Positions 25,526-36,018 of a stretch of 64,000 nt of DNA are shown piece by piece. The stretch lies in the NCBI GenBank assembly GCA_029976705.1, contig JARVCM010000011.1:2286-66285 (forward strand), written 5' to 3'. This stretch comes from Mollicutes bacterium. Its GTDB lineage: Bacteria; Bacillota_I; Bacilli_A; Mycoplasmatales; MT37. Within the stretch, counting starts at the first letter, position 1; the number at the start of each line of letters is the position of its first letter. Below the pieces are notes generated by a model. The model searched no databases and had not been told where the DNA came from. It was given only the letters and a program-made list of their open reading frames with translations. The position numbers were made by a program, and so were the translations under genes.

Positions 25526-27052
25526 TTAAAAAGATTTAAACAAAAATTTCATTTGTGAAATAACTTTCTCTATTTCTTCTACAATTTTTACTTTGACATC
25601 ATCGGAAATTTTTTTAGAATCAATAAAATTTTTCAATCATTTTGTTTTTTGTATTTTCATAAAATGATCAATTAAGTGTTTGCGAAAAATAACAATTTTT
25701 TTTGGTTCAATTTGATCAATTAATTTTTCTTTAATTGATAATAAAATTATGACCATCATTCATTGAGGAAGTTGTTCAAATTCTTTTTGTTTTAAAATTT
25801 CAATAATACGATTACCGTGTTCTAAAACTTTATTTGTATTAGTATCCAAATTACCACCAAATTGAGAAAAAATTTTTAATTCTTTGTATTCTGCCATATC
25901 CAATTTTAAACTGCCTACGGTTTTCTTAATCGCTTCAATTTGCGCAGTAGAACCAACTCTAGAAACAGATAATCCATAATCAATTGCTGGTTTAAATCCT
26001 AAATTAAAAAGTTCATTTATTAAAAAAATTTGTCCATCAGTAATTGAAATAATATTCGTAGGAATGTAAGCAGTTAAATCTTCTAATTGCGTTTCTACAA
26101 TCGGCAAGGCTGTTATAGAACCTCCGCCAGCATCACTTTTTAATTTTGCTGCCCTTTCTAATAAACGGGAATGTAAATAAAAAATATCACCAGGATAAGC
26201 TTGTCTTCCTGGAGTTCTGCGCAATAACAAAGATAATCCTCGATAAGCGATTGCGTGTTTGGATAAGTCATCAAAAACAATCAAAACATCTTTTCCCTGA
26301 TCGAGATAATATTCAGCATGGGTCATTCCGGAAAAAGGAGCGATAAATTTCATCGCTTCTGTTGCTGAAGATAAGGCAACAACAACCGTAGTATAACTAA
26401 AAGCTCCGTTTTTTTTCAATTTATCAATCATTCTTAAAACTGAAGAACTTTTTTGTCCAATAGAAACATAAATACAAACGACATCTTTGTTTTTTTGATT
26501 AATAATAGCATCAAGAGCAAGTGAAGTTTTGCCGGTTTGACGATCGCCAATAATTAATTCTCGTTGTCCTTTACCAATCGGCAACAAAGCATCAACAGCT
26601 AAAATACCAGTTTCTAAAGGCTCATTAACAGCCGTTCTTGCCATCACACTAGGGGCGACATTTTCAATTACTCTTTTTTCTTTTGATTTAATCAAAGGTT
26701 TAGAATCTAATGTTTTTCCTAAAGGATCAATTACTCTTCCTAAAAATTCTGTTCCAACATCAATTGAAATTATTTTTCCTGTGGTTTCAACGCGATCTTT
26801 TTCTTGGATTTGATTTTGTTTTTCAAAAATAATAACACCGACATGATTTTCTTCTAAATTAAAAACCAATCCATTTCCAGCATTTTCAAAAGTAACAATT
26901 TCCATATATTTTGCATCATTTAAACCTTGTACCAAGGCAATTCCATCACCAACAGAAATAACAGAACCAAATTTAGGATTTTGATAATCAAAATGATAAT
27001 TAGCAATTTTTTTTCGTAAAATATTGGTAATTTCAGAAATTTTTATTTTCAT
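25526..27052 (-). CDS. atpA: F1 ATP synthase alpha subunit
   Basis: GDRQTGKTS Walker A. Track ORF 25760-27052 is extended through TGA. 508 aa. Confidence 0.97.
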
Positions 27053-27060
27053 ATTCTTAA

Positions 27061-27609
27061 TTATTTATCAAAAGAGGACAATAAATTCTTTTCAAGATCT
27101 AATATTTGTTTGCGCAAAGAATTATCAAAAATAAATGTTTCTGACTCAACCCTTAACCCAGCAATTAAACTTTTATCCAAACGTGAAAAAAGTTTAATTT
27201 TAGATTTTAAACGTTGAACCAAATTTTGATTAATTTTTTTTAATTGATTTGGTTTTAATTTGATTACCGAATAAACTGTAGCAATTGTAAAATTTAATTT
27301 ATCTAAAAATAATCTTTCTAATTTAAACAAAATATCTAACAAATAATCAAAATTATTTTCATCAACAAGAATTTGTAATAAATTGAAATAATATTGATCA
27401 ATATTATTAGCAAAAATATCTTTTATTACTAATTTTAACTTATCACGCTTCAAACTCAAAAATCAATTTCCAAAATACTGATTTTTGACTGACAACAAGT
27501 CAATCAACTCTGTTGTGTTTTTTAAATATTGAGAAAATGATATTTTTTTTTCACAACAAAGATGAAAAAATGCTTCACTATAAAGATTAACAAAATTATT
27601 TTTTATCAT
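27061..27609 (-). CDS. atpH: F1 ATP synthase delta subunit
   Basis: Track ORFs 27061-27459 and 27463-27648 are in one frame, joined by a TGA. The start was chosen at MIKNNFVNLYSEAFF. Operon position supports the call. Confidence 0.75.
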
Positions 27610-28150
27610 GATTATTATTTGTTTTTTCCAAATTATTAAGAAAATCATTAATTAAATCCTGATGCTTTTTATGATCAATTTCTGAATTTAACATTTTTTT
27701 CATCAACGTAAAAGAATTAACAATAATTGCTTTCTCTATCTCTTTTTTTATTTCTGTTTTTTTTTGTTTAGATTCTAAGTTTGCTTCATCAATGATTCTT
27801 TTTTTTTCTTTAAAAGCTAATTCTAAAACGTTTTTTCTTTCAATTTCTAATTTTTGTTTTAATTCTGATGAAATTTTTTCCATAAATAAATTATTTTCAG
27901 AAATTGCTTTAATCGCTGTTTGTTTTAATATTTCTGTTTTTTTTAAATTTTTAGAAATTGAATTTTGTTCTTCTTTTAAATGGTTTTCGCGCTTTTCTAA
28001 TCATTTTCTAAAAGGTTTATAAACAAAATAAGAAATAACAATAAGTAAAAAAAAACCAGCAATAAAATGAGCTATTAAAAGTGGTAATTTAAAAAGTACT
28101 AGGCGTTCAGTAAAATCAAAATCACCTACTTTGTTCAAAAAAAAAGACAT
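27596..28150 (-). CDS. atpF: Fo ATP synthase b subunit
   Basis: An N-terminal TM segment (LPLLIAHFIAGFFLLIVISYFVY) followed by a long charged helix. Contains track ORF 27596-27883. The start was fixed by frame arithmetic. Confidence 0.75.
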
Positions 28151-28183
28151 TAAATTTTTATTTTATTTATAAGAAATTAAGGA

Positions 28184-28411
28184 TTATAAAACAAATAAAA
28201 TAACCAAAGACAAAATTAAAGCATAAATTGCCGCCGATTCAGCAATGGCACAACCAATAATCAACATTGTTCTAATTTTATTCTCTGCTTCTGGATTTCT
28301 TCCAACTGCTTCTGCCGCCTTAGAAGCGGCGATACCTTGACCTAAACTCGTACCAATAAAACATATTGTACAAATAGCTACTGCTAAATATTTTGCTGCT
28401 TCAACACTCAT
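28184..28411 (-). CDS. atpE: Fo ATP synthase c subunit
   Basis: 75-aa hairpin proteolipid with GRNPE and the essential acidic residue in AIAESAAIY. Confidence 0.92.
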   Translation of the reverse strand: MSVEAAKYLAVAICTICFIGTSLGQGIAASKAAEAVGRNPEAENKIRTMLIIGCAIAESAAIYALILSLVILFVL

Positions 28412-28489
28412 AAATTAAAATTCCTAATTAACATTAATAATTATATCCTCAATATTGACTTTCTGTCGTTTTTTGTCGTCAAAAAAAAA

Positions 28490-29209
28490 TTATTTTAATT
28501 TAACATTTAATTTCAATTTTGTTTCTCGATTAATTGGACGTGAAAGTCCTCAATAAGTCATTGTAAGTAAAACAAAAATAAATGAATGCAAAGTACCACT
28601 AAAAATGTCAAAATAAAAATGTAAAGGGGTTGTAAAAATAGCAAGAAAATTAAATCATTTAAAAGTTTGTCCTAAATCTGAATCCAACAAAAATTTATAA
28701 ACCAGTACCATAATAAAAGTTCCTGCTAAAACATTACCAAATAAACGAAAAGAAATAGAAATTAAACTAGCAATTTGAGAAACAAACTCCAAGGGATTAA
28801 TATAATTTTTTAAAAAACTTCAACGTTGAAATTTTCATCCAAAATAATAAATTCCTAAAAAAGTAATCAACCCTAGAGAAAAAACAACACTCAAAAAAGC
28901 AAAAGGAGTTTCTAAACCAAAAAAAAGAGAAATGAAATTGCCTAAATTTATATATATTAACAAATAAAGAAAAAAGGGGGTTAATTTACGGTATTTTTTC
29001 CCTAAAAGATTGATTAATGTTTTTTCAATATTTTGAATAACAACTTCCATTAATAGCAAAAAACCTCGCGGCGTTTCAGTTGCTTTTTTATTTTTAACTT
29101 TAAATCAATAATAAATTGAAAAACAAGTAACAGCAACCGTAATAAGCGAAATAGTAATAATTGCTTCTAATTCAGCAAAACTGGGTTTTTGAGAATAAAG
29201 AATATTCAC
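28490..29209 (-). CDS. atpB: Fo ATP synthase a subunit (GTG start inferred)
   Basis: SFRLFGNVLAG motif. Track ORF 28835-29059 is extended through TGA on both sides. The N-terminus MNILYSQKPSFAELE.. aligns with typical a-subunit N-termini. Confidence 0.8.
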
Positions 29210-29340
29210 AGCAATATAAATTATAAATGATAATCAACAAATTACTTTTTTAGTTGTATTTTTTGTGTTTTTTGCATTATAATTTTAACAAATGAATCAA
29301 TATTTATTAATATTAAAAAATTATATTAGAGGATTATCCA

Positions 29341-29973
29341 ATGAATAATCAATGAAAGGTTATTGAACATCCTTTAATTAAAGATAATTTAACCAAGTTA
29401 AGAGATAAAAACACAAAAAAGATTGATTTTGCAGCATCTTTAAAAATAATTTCTAATTTATTAATATTTGAAGTTTGCAAAAACATCAAAACTAAATTAA
29501 AAACAATCCATACTCCTTTTGTTGAAACACAATCGCCAATTTTAAGTCAAAAAATTATTTTAATTTCTATCTTAAGAGCGGGTCTAGGGATGTTAGAAAG
29601 TTTTAAAGAGATTCTTCCCAACGCAAAAATTGGACATATTGGTTTAAAAAGAAGTGAAGAAAAATTTAATTTTATTCAACAATACTATCTTAATTTACCA
29701 GAGATAAATGATAATGATTATGTTATTGTTCTTGATCCAATGATTGCTACCGGAAATAGTGCAATCAAAGCAATTAACGAAATTCGCAAAATTAACAATC
29801 AAAGTAAAATTATTTTTGTGAGCATCATTGTTAGTAAAATCTCCAAACAAAATATTGATCAAAAAATAAAAAATATCTCTTTTTTTACAACAGCAACTGA
29901 TCCTAAATTAAACAAAAAACAATATATTATTCCTGGTTTAGGTGATGCTGGTGATCGTTTTTTTGGAACTTAA
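29341..29973 (+). CDS. upp: uracil phosphoribosyltransferase
   Basis: Reads IEHPLIKDNLTKLRDKNT..ILRAGLGM..LDPMIATGNS..IIPGLGDAGDRFFGT. Confidence 0.95.
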
Positions 29974-30337
29974 TTATTTTTCTTATTTTTTAAAGAAAAA
30001 TTGAAAAAAAATTGTTATTTTAATAATAGAAATTCTTTTTTTACTTGTTTCCATTTTAAAAAATGATTTTGGATGATTATTTTCATTAAATTTAACACTT
30101 TTTTGATATCCTGTTTTCATAATTTTTTGAATTAATTGATTCAATAATTTACAAAAAATTAAAAAAAATCAATGACCATTATTTTTAATATGAGGAAGCA
30201 CAAAATTTATTTTTTATACTTTACCTTTTTTTGCTATTTTTTTAGGAGAAAAATATTTAAGCAACGAAATATTCAAAGTAGAATCTAGTCTAATTGGAAT
30301 ATTATTTATTTTTGGTTTTTTTATCTTTCAAATTTAA
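29945..30337 (+). CDS. hypothetical small membrane protein (visible only with code 4)
   Basis: 130-codon frame free of TAA and TAG, containing 8 TGA codons and about 4 hydrophobic segments. Its ATG lies 29 nt inside the 3' end of upp. No homology recognised. Confidence 0.4.
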
Positions 30338-30356
30338 TTAAAAAAAACATAAAAAA

Positions 30357-30445
30357 TGGTACCCGGAATCGGACTCGAACCGACATGAATAAAAACATTC
30401 GACAGATCTTAAGTCTGTTGTGTCTACCAATTCCACCACCCAGGC
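30357..30445 (-). tRNA. tRNA-Leu (TAA)
   Basis: Class II cloverleaf on the minus strand. Anticodon arm ACAGA-CTTAAGA-TCTGT. Confidence 0.88.
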
Positions 30446-30452
30446 ATTAAAA

Positions 30453-30528
30453 TGGTACCCCGTGAAGGACTCGAACCTCCGACTATCTGGTTAAAAGCCA
30501 GTTACTCTACCAACTGAGTTAACGGGGC
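30453..30528 (-). tRNA. tRNA-Lys (TTT)
   Basis: Anticodon loop CTTTTAA and acceptor GCCCCGT/ACGGGGT. Confidence 0.88.
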
Positions 30529-30531
30529 ATT

Positions 30532-30607
30532 TGGCTGGGGGAGATGGACTCGAACCATCGGTGCATGGATCCAAAAACCATTGCCTTTCCAACTTGGCTA
30601 TCCCCCA
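30532..30607 (-). tRNA. tRNA-Gln (TTG)
   Basis: The 5' TGGGGGATAGCCAAG is typical of tRNA-Gln. Anticodon loop TTTTGGA. Confidence 0.85.
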
Positions 30608-30610
30608 ATA

Positions 30611-30697
30611 TGGTGGAAGCAGAGGGATTTGAACCCCCGTACCTAAAATAGGAGCTGATTTACAGTCAGCCGCGTTTAACCTCTTCGCTACACTTCC
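30611..30697 (-). tRNA. tRNA-Tyr (GTA)
   Basis: Long variable arm. Anticodon arm GCTGA-CTGTAAA-TCAGC. Confidence 0.88.
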
Positions 30698-30700
30698 GGA

Positions 30701-30777
30701 TGGTGCTGGCTATAGGAATTGAACCTACACTCTACCGCTTACAAGGCGGGTGCTTTACCAGATTAAGCTAAGCCAGC
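30701..30777 (-). tRNA. tRNA-Thr (TGT)
   Basis: Anticodon loop CTTGTAA and acceptor GCTGGCT/AGCCAGC. Confidence 0.88.
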
Positions 30778-30782
30778 AAAAA

Positions 30783-30860
30783 TGGTAGAGCGTGGCGGGC
30801 TCGAACCGCCGACCTTCTGTTTGTAAGACAGGTATTCTCCCAACTGAACTAACACTCTAC
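30783..30860 (-). tRNA. tRNA-Val (TAC)
   Basis: Anticodon loop CTTACAA and T-arm GGCGGTTCGAGCCCGCC. Confidence 0.88.
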
Positions 30861-30971
30861 AAACACCAAATTAAGTAATTACTTAAATTTACTTATATTT
30901 TAATTATAATAAAAAAAAGTAAATTAAAAAATATTTTTACATAAATAATGAAATATAAAGTAAAAAGTAAA

Positions 30972-33857
30972 TTATATTGCTTTTTTCTTTAAAATCTCAT
31001 ATTTTAAATAAAAGAAATTATAAAGCAAATTAATTAAAAAAAGAAAAACCAATAAAGCAACAAAATAACCCAAATAATTCCAAACATCACTGACAACAAA
31101 AAAAACATTTAATTGATTGAAATAATTTATCAACACAGAAAAAAGATAATAACTCGAAACAAAAGATAAGAAAACTCCCAAAAATAATAAAAATCCAAAA
31201 GCAAAAGAAAAATTAAAAAGAAGATCTTGAACACGATAACCTGAAGTTAGTAAAAAAGAAATAGTTTTTTTGTTTTTATTATTTAAAAATTCAAAAAGTA
31301 AAAATAAAAAGCATAAAGAAACAAAAATATAAAAAACAAGAATAATTAATAAATAAATTTGAAAAATTTTGAAATGATAATAAGAAAAATATTTAATTTC
31401 ATTTAAATTTAATGATTCTAAATTTAATAAAGACATATCATCTAAATTAATTTTATTACTTTCTAAAAATTCTGTAATATTAAAGTTGTTTAAAGAAAAA
31501 CTTAAAATTAAATAGCGATGAAGATATTTATCATTATGTTTGGAAATAATTTGATTAAAAGGGATTTTTAATTTTTCAATTTCATTTTTAATAATGAATT
31601 TATTTTCTAAATATTGATAATCAACAAATAAATTATTTGAAATTAAAAATTCATCATTTACAAAAGCAGCAATTTTAAATTTATGTTTTTTATTATTTGA
31701 TTTATTTTTTAAAATTTGATTGTTCAAGGTCAAATCCATTTCAACAATATCTCCTAATTTATAACCTAACTTTTTAAAATGAAGCGGGGCAAGCGCATAA
31801 TAAATATCATCTCGCGGATCTTTGCCTAAAAAATAATTATTGTTGTCATCAATACGAAAATCTCAACCAGGTATTTTTTCTTCTAATTTATTATCAATTA
31901 CAAAAAATTCATGCCATTTATCTTTAAGAAAATATAATTTTCCTGAAGTGTTATTTTTAATAAAAAAATCCAAAACCAAAAGAGGTAAGTCTGTTTTTTT
32001 ATTATATGGAACAGTATTAAAGTAAATTTTTTTAATTTTAAAATAATCTAAATATTCTTTTATTTTTAAAGAATCAATATTTTTAGAATTAATAAATTTT
32101 TTTTGAAAAAGACAAGCCAAATCTAATTCATCTAAAAGTTTTTTAGGTTCAGGACCAATATGACAAGAATAATCAATGTTTTTGACCAAAACTTTTAAAT
32201 TTAATTTTTTTACTTCAATCATTTTTGTATCCTTATCTAAAAGGTCTTCTTCCGATAAAAAAGTATCACTATGAATAAAATTATCATGTGATTTCAAAAA
32301 AGAAGAACCGCTTATTCCATCAAATTTAGTAACACTTTTAACATCTTTTTGCAAAAAAGATGTTTGATTAGATAAAAAATTATCACTAGCAACTTTAGTA
32401 AAAACAAGTAAAAAAGACGTTATAAAAATAAAAATGAGAAAAATAAGAATAAATAATTTCTGTCAAAAATTACGAAAGAAAAAAAGCATAAAAATTTGAA
32501 ATTTACTGGAGTAATAAAAAAAAGAAGTTAATTTAACGCGAAGCGGATTATAAATACTTGATAATTTAAAAAAAATCAAATTATTTATTTTGTTAGAAGT
32601 TTCTTTTTTGTTCAAAAAATAAAAAATTATAGAATATGAAACCAACCCAAAACTAAGGGGAAATACAGAAAATAAAATTGTAAAAACCTTTCAATCAAAT
32701 GGTTTAAATTCTATAATAGTAAAAAATAATTTATTATTGGAATTGGAAAAATAATTATTCAGAAAAAAACCTAAAAAATAACCACAAATTATTGCCAAGG
32801 AAAAATAAAAAAAATTAATTAAAAAATAATTAAAAGATATTTGATTTGATGAATATCCTTGAATTTTTAAAAAATATAGAGCATTTTTGTCTTTTTTAAA
32901 ACTTGAAGCAGTTAATTGTCCGACTAAAGCAAAAAGAACAAAAACAAGAAAAAGAAGAATTGAAAAAATAAAAGCAAGTTCAAAAAAACTAAAATTCTTT
33001 TTTAATCCAGAAGAAGAATCAGAAGCAAAAGAAGTTATTTTGGGAATGTAATTAATGGATTTATAAATTTCTTTCTTAAAAAAATTTTTTGATTCATCAA
33101 TGTTTCTGTTGTTAAAACGAAAAAAAAGATAATTCTTATAATTTTTAATAATATTTATTGATTCCATATTATGAAATAATTTTTTGTTTACATAGACTAC
33201 ACCGATTATCTTGTAAAGATTAATTTCTGAATTTTGAAAGTTAAATTTACCTAAAGCGGCAAAAGTATCATAAAAACTTAATGATAAGTTTTGTACAGAA
33301 TTTCCCAAACCAACAACTTCAAATTTTTTATTAAAAAAATCAATATGTTGACCAACAGAAATATTGTTTAATTTTGCATATTTTTCATTCAAAACAACTT
33401 CAGATAAAGCGTCTTTAGGTTTTCTACCCGAAGATAAAACAACATTATTAATTGTTTGATTATCATCAAAAGCAGTTTGAACAAAAATCTCTTTTTTATT
33501 AATAAAATCTGTATATTTAGCAACCGAATTATAAAAATAATCAAAATTATATTTATTATCTTTTTTCTGTTTGAGCAATACATTATCAATAATTTTTTCT
33601 AATTTTAATTTTTTGTTTGAAAAAAAATCTCTTTTTTGTAAAATTTGAAATTCTTTATTTTTTGGTAATTCATAAACAAAATCAAATTGACCACTTTTTT
33701 GGATAATTTTATTTTGTTTATCTAATATATTTAATTCCACTTGAATAATAGGCGTAAAAAGCGAAATAGAAAGAGCAAAAAGAATAAAAAGTAAAATGTA
33801 TTTTTTGACATTTTTTAAAACAATAATATTAAAAATTGATCTAATTAAAACCGACAT
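30972..33857 (-). CDS. ABC transporter permease, duplicated FtsX/MacB-type module (961 aa)
   Basis: Four track ORFs (30972, 31863, 32463, 32691) share one frame. I translated the three junctions and each contains only TGA. The pattern TM, ~270-aa extracytoplasmic domain, 3 TM occurs twice. Confidence 0.75.
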
Positions 33858-33979
33858 AATAGAAAGTAAAATCTTAATTATTTAATTTTTCAATAAAACC
33901 AAAAAATAAAATTATAAATTTTATAATATATCTAATTTTTGAATATAAAGAAAAAAGATTTATAATTAAATTTATCGTG

Positions 33980-34402
33980 ATGCAAAAAGAAATGAAAAAT
34001 AAGAATTGTATTTTTTGCGAAATTGTTGATAAAAAAAGAAAAAGTTTAATTATTGATGAAAACGAAAATAGCATTTGTTTTTTAGATCTTAATCCTATGG
34101 AAAAAGGGCACTGCTTAGTCATTACTAAAAAATGTTGTAAAAACATTTTAGATTTAACTAAAAAAGAAATAATTTCAATTAATGAATTAACTAAAAGAGT
34201 TTGTGTTTCTTTGCAAAAAAAAATAGGGAGTAAAGGATTTAATATTATAAATAATTTTAATAAAGTAGCGGGACAAGTTATTGAGCATTATCACCTACAC
34301 ATCATTCCTAAATATCAAGAAAAATATGGTTTTAATTGAACAAAAAACAAACCCTTTTATCAAGAAACTCCAAAACAAGTTTGAAGGGAAATAAAAAAAT
34401 AA
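33980..34402 (+). CDS. HIT family hydrolase
   Basis: Histidine triad EHYHLHIIP. Track ORF 33977-34339 is extended through two TGA codons. Confidence 0.85.
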
Positions 34403-34405
34403 AAA

Positions 34406-34708
34406 ATGAATTTCATTTATCGAGTAAAACGATTTAAATTTGAAAAAGAATTTAAATTATATTTAGAAAAAGAATTTAGTAATTTATCTTATAAATACTT
34501 TTTTATTAGTGAAAGCGATAAAGTTCATATAAATGTAGAAATTTTAAGCGGACTCAAAATTCATTTAAAAATAGAAATTTTTATTTTCAAGATAGGTAAA
34601 AAAATTGCAAGTTCCGACATTTCTGAAAATATTTTTAACTCAATCAACGAAACAAAAAGAAAAACAGATATTCAACTTCTTAAAATCAAAGAAAAAATAA
34701 AATTTTAA
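34406..34708 (+). CDS. hypothetical protein (possibly HPF/RaiA-like ribosome-associated factor)
   Basis: 100-aa track ORF. Its size and the beta-alpha-beta-beta-beta-alpha-like pattern resemble the S30AE family. No strong motif. Confidence 0.35.
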   Translation: MNFIYRVKRFKFEKEFKLYLEKEFSNLSYKYFFISESDKVHINVEILSGLKIHLKIEIFIFKIGKKIASSDISENIFNSINETKRKTDIQLLKIKEKIKF

Positions 34709-34894
34709 TTAACGTTTGAATTTAATAATAGAATTTCTTTTGTTTTTATCTCGACGTTTTTTTTCTCTTAATTTAGCAGGTTTAATAAAATATTCTCCTT
34801 CTTTAAACTTCATTTTTTTAAAAAAAGATATTTTTTTAAAGCGTTTAATTAAAGAATTTTTCGCTTCGTTATCATAAGATTTAACTTTAACCAT
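34709..34894 (-). CDS. rpsU: 30S ribosomal protein S21
   Basis: 61 aa, highly basic, with ..YFIKPAKLREKKRRDKNKR. Confidence 0.85.
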   Translation of the reverse strand: MVKVKSYDNEAKNSLIKRFKKISFFKKMKFKEGEYFIKPAKLREKKRRDKNKRNSIIKFKR

Positions 34895-34999
34895 TATAAA
34901 ATTACCAATTAAAAATTCAAATAAAAAACACGGTTAGAATTTTACCATAATTTCAATTAGATAAAATATTAAATAAAAATTAGTTATAATTGAAAAAGT

Positions 35000-35938
35000 A
35001 TGAAAATTATAGCAATTGAAACAAGTTGTGATGAAACAAGCATTGCTTTTCTAGAAGGAAAAAAAATTATTGATTGTTTAACTTGAACACAAATTCCAAT
35101 TTTTAAATATTTTGGTGGTGTAATTCCGCAAATATCAAGTCAATTACATTCTATGAAATTACCTTTATTATTGGAAAAAATTATCAACAAAAACAAAATT
35201 AATTGAAATGAAATTAAACTTATTGCTTATACAAAAAAACCGGGACTTATTGGTTGTTTAAAAATCGGTGAAGCTTTAGCCAAAAGCATCGCTTTATATC
35301 AAAACATTCCGATTATGCCCATTGATCATCTTCATGGTCACATTTATGCTGGACAAATAGAAAACGAAATAATGTTTCCTGCTCTTGGTCTTGTTGTAAG
35401 TGGTGGGCACACACAAATAATTTATCTTGCTAATAATTATCAATTTAAAGTTATCGGAACCACTTTAGATGACGCAATAGGAGAGGCTATTGATAAGATA
35501 GGAAGAAAGTTAAAATTAAATTATCCAGCAGGACCAGAAATAGAAAAAATGGCTATAAACGGAAAAAAAACATATAATTTTTCCATTTATAATGATTCAA
35601 ATAATTATAATTTTTCTTTTTCTGGTTTAAAAACTCATGCCATCAATACAATTAAAAAAAAAGGATTAGAAAATATTAATAAAAATGATTTTGCTTTTTC
35701 TTTACAAAACGATATATTCACAAATCTGAAAAAAAAATTAAAATTAGCTTTAAAAGAATATAAAGTTGAAAATATTGTTGTTGGCGGAGGCGTTGCAACA
35801 AATGATTTATTAAAAAAAATAATTAAATCACTTCCTGTAAAAGTAATAATTCCATCTAAAAAGTATTGCACCGACAACGCAGCTATGATTGGCGTTGCCG
35901 CTTTTTATCAAAGTAAAAAGTTAAAAATAATAAATTAG
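35000..35938 (+). CDS. tsaD: tRNA t6A37 N6-threonylcarbamoyl transferase TsaD
   Basis: Reads MKIIAIETSCDETS..PIDHLHGHIYA..VVSGGHTQ..VVGGGVATN. Confidence 0.95.
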
Positions 35939-36018
35939 ATAACCGAATTTTATTAAATATACTTATATTTGAATATAATAATAGCAGTAAGGATTTTTTG
36001 AGTTATAAAAAAATAAAA

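Noticed and set aside
28138-28150. The ATG of atpF seemingly out of frame behind a T/A homopolymer, resembling the smpB case.
   Set aside because: Anchoring on the track coordinate of the atpE stop (28184) shows the A-run is 9 nt long and the ATG is at 28150, which is in frame. There is no slippage site here.
29245-29277. An ATG at 29277 upstream of atpB that would need a +1 shift in an A6 run to join the gene.
   Set aside because: An in-frame GTG at 29209 gives an N-terminus (MNILYSQKPSF..) that matches the usual distance to the first TM helix of a-subunits. The upstream ATG is most likely fortuitous.
29985-30119. A 45-codon minus-strand ORF (MKTGYQKSVKFNENNHPKSFFKMETSKKRISIIKITIFFQFFFKK) convergent with upp.
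   Set aside because: It is short, lysine-rich and low-complexity, and it is overlapped by the longer and more protein-like plus-strand membrane ORF at 29945-30337.
30873-30971. A 12-bp palindrome AAGTAATTACTT and repeated GTAAAT/ATTTAC words upstream of the minus-strand tRNA cluster.
   Set aside because: These are low-information AT-rich words with no consistent spacing relative to a -10/-35 pair. I cannot distinguish them from background.
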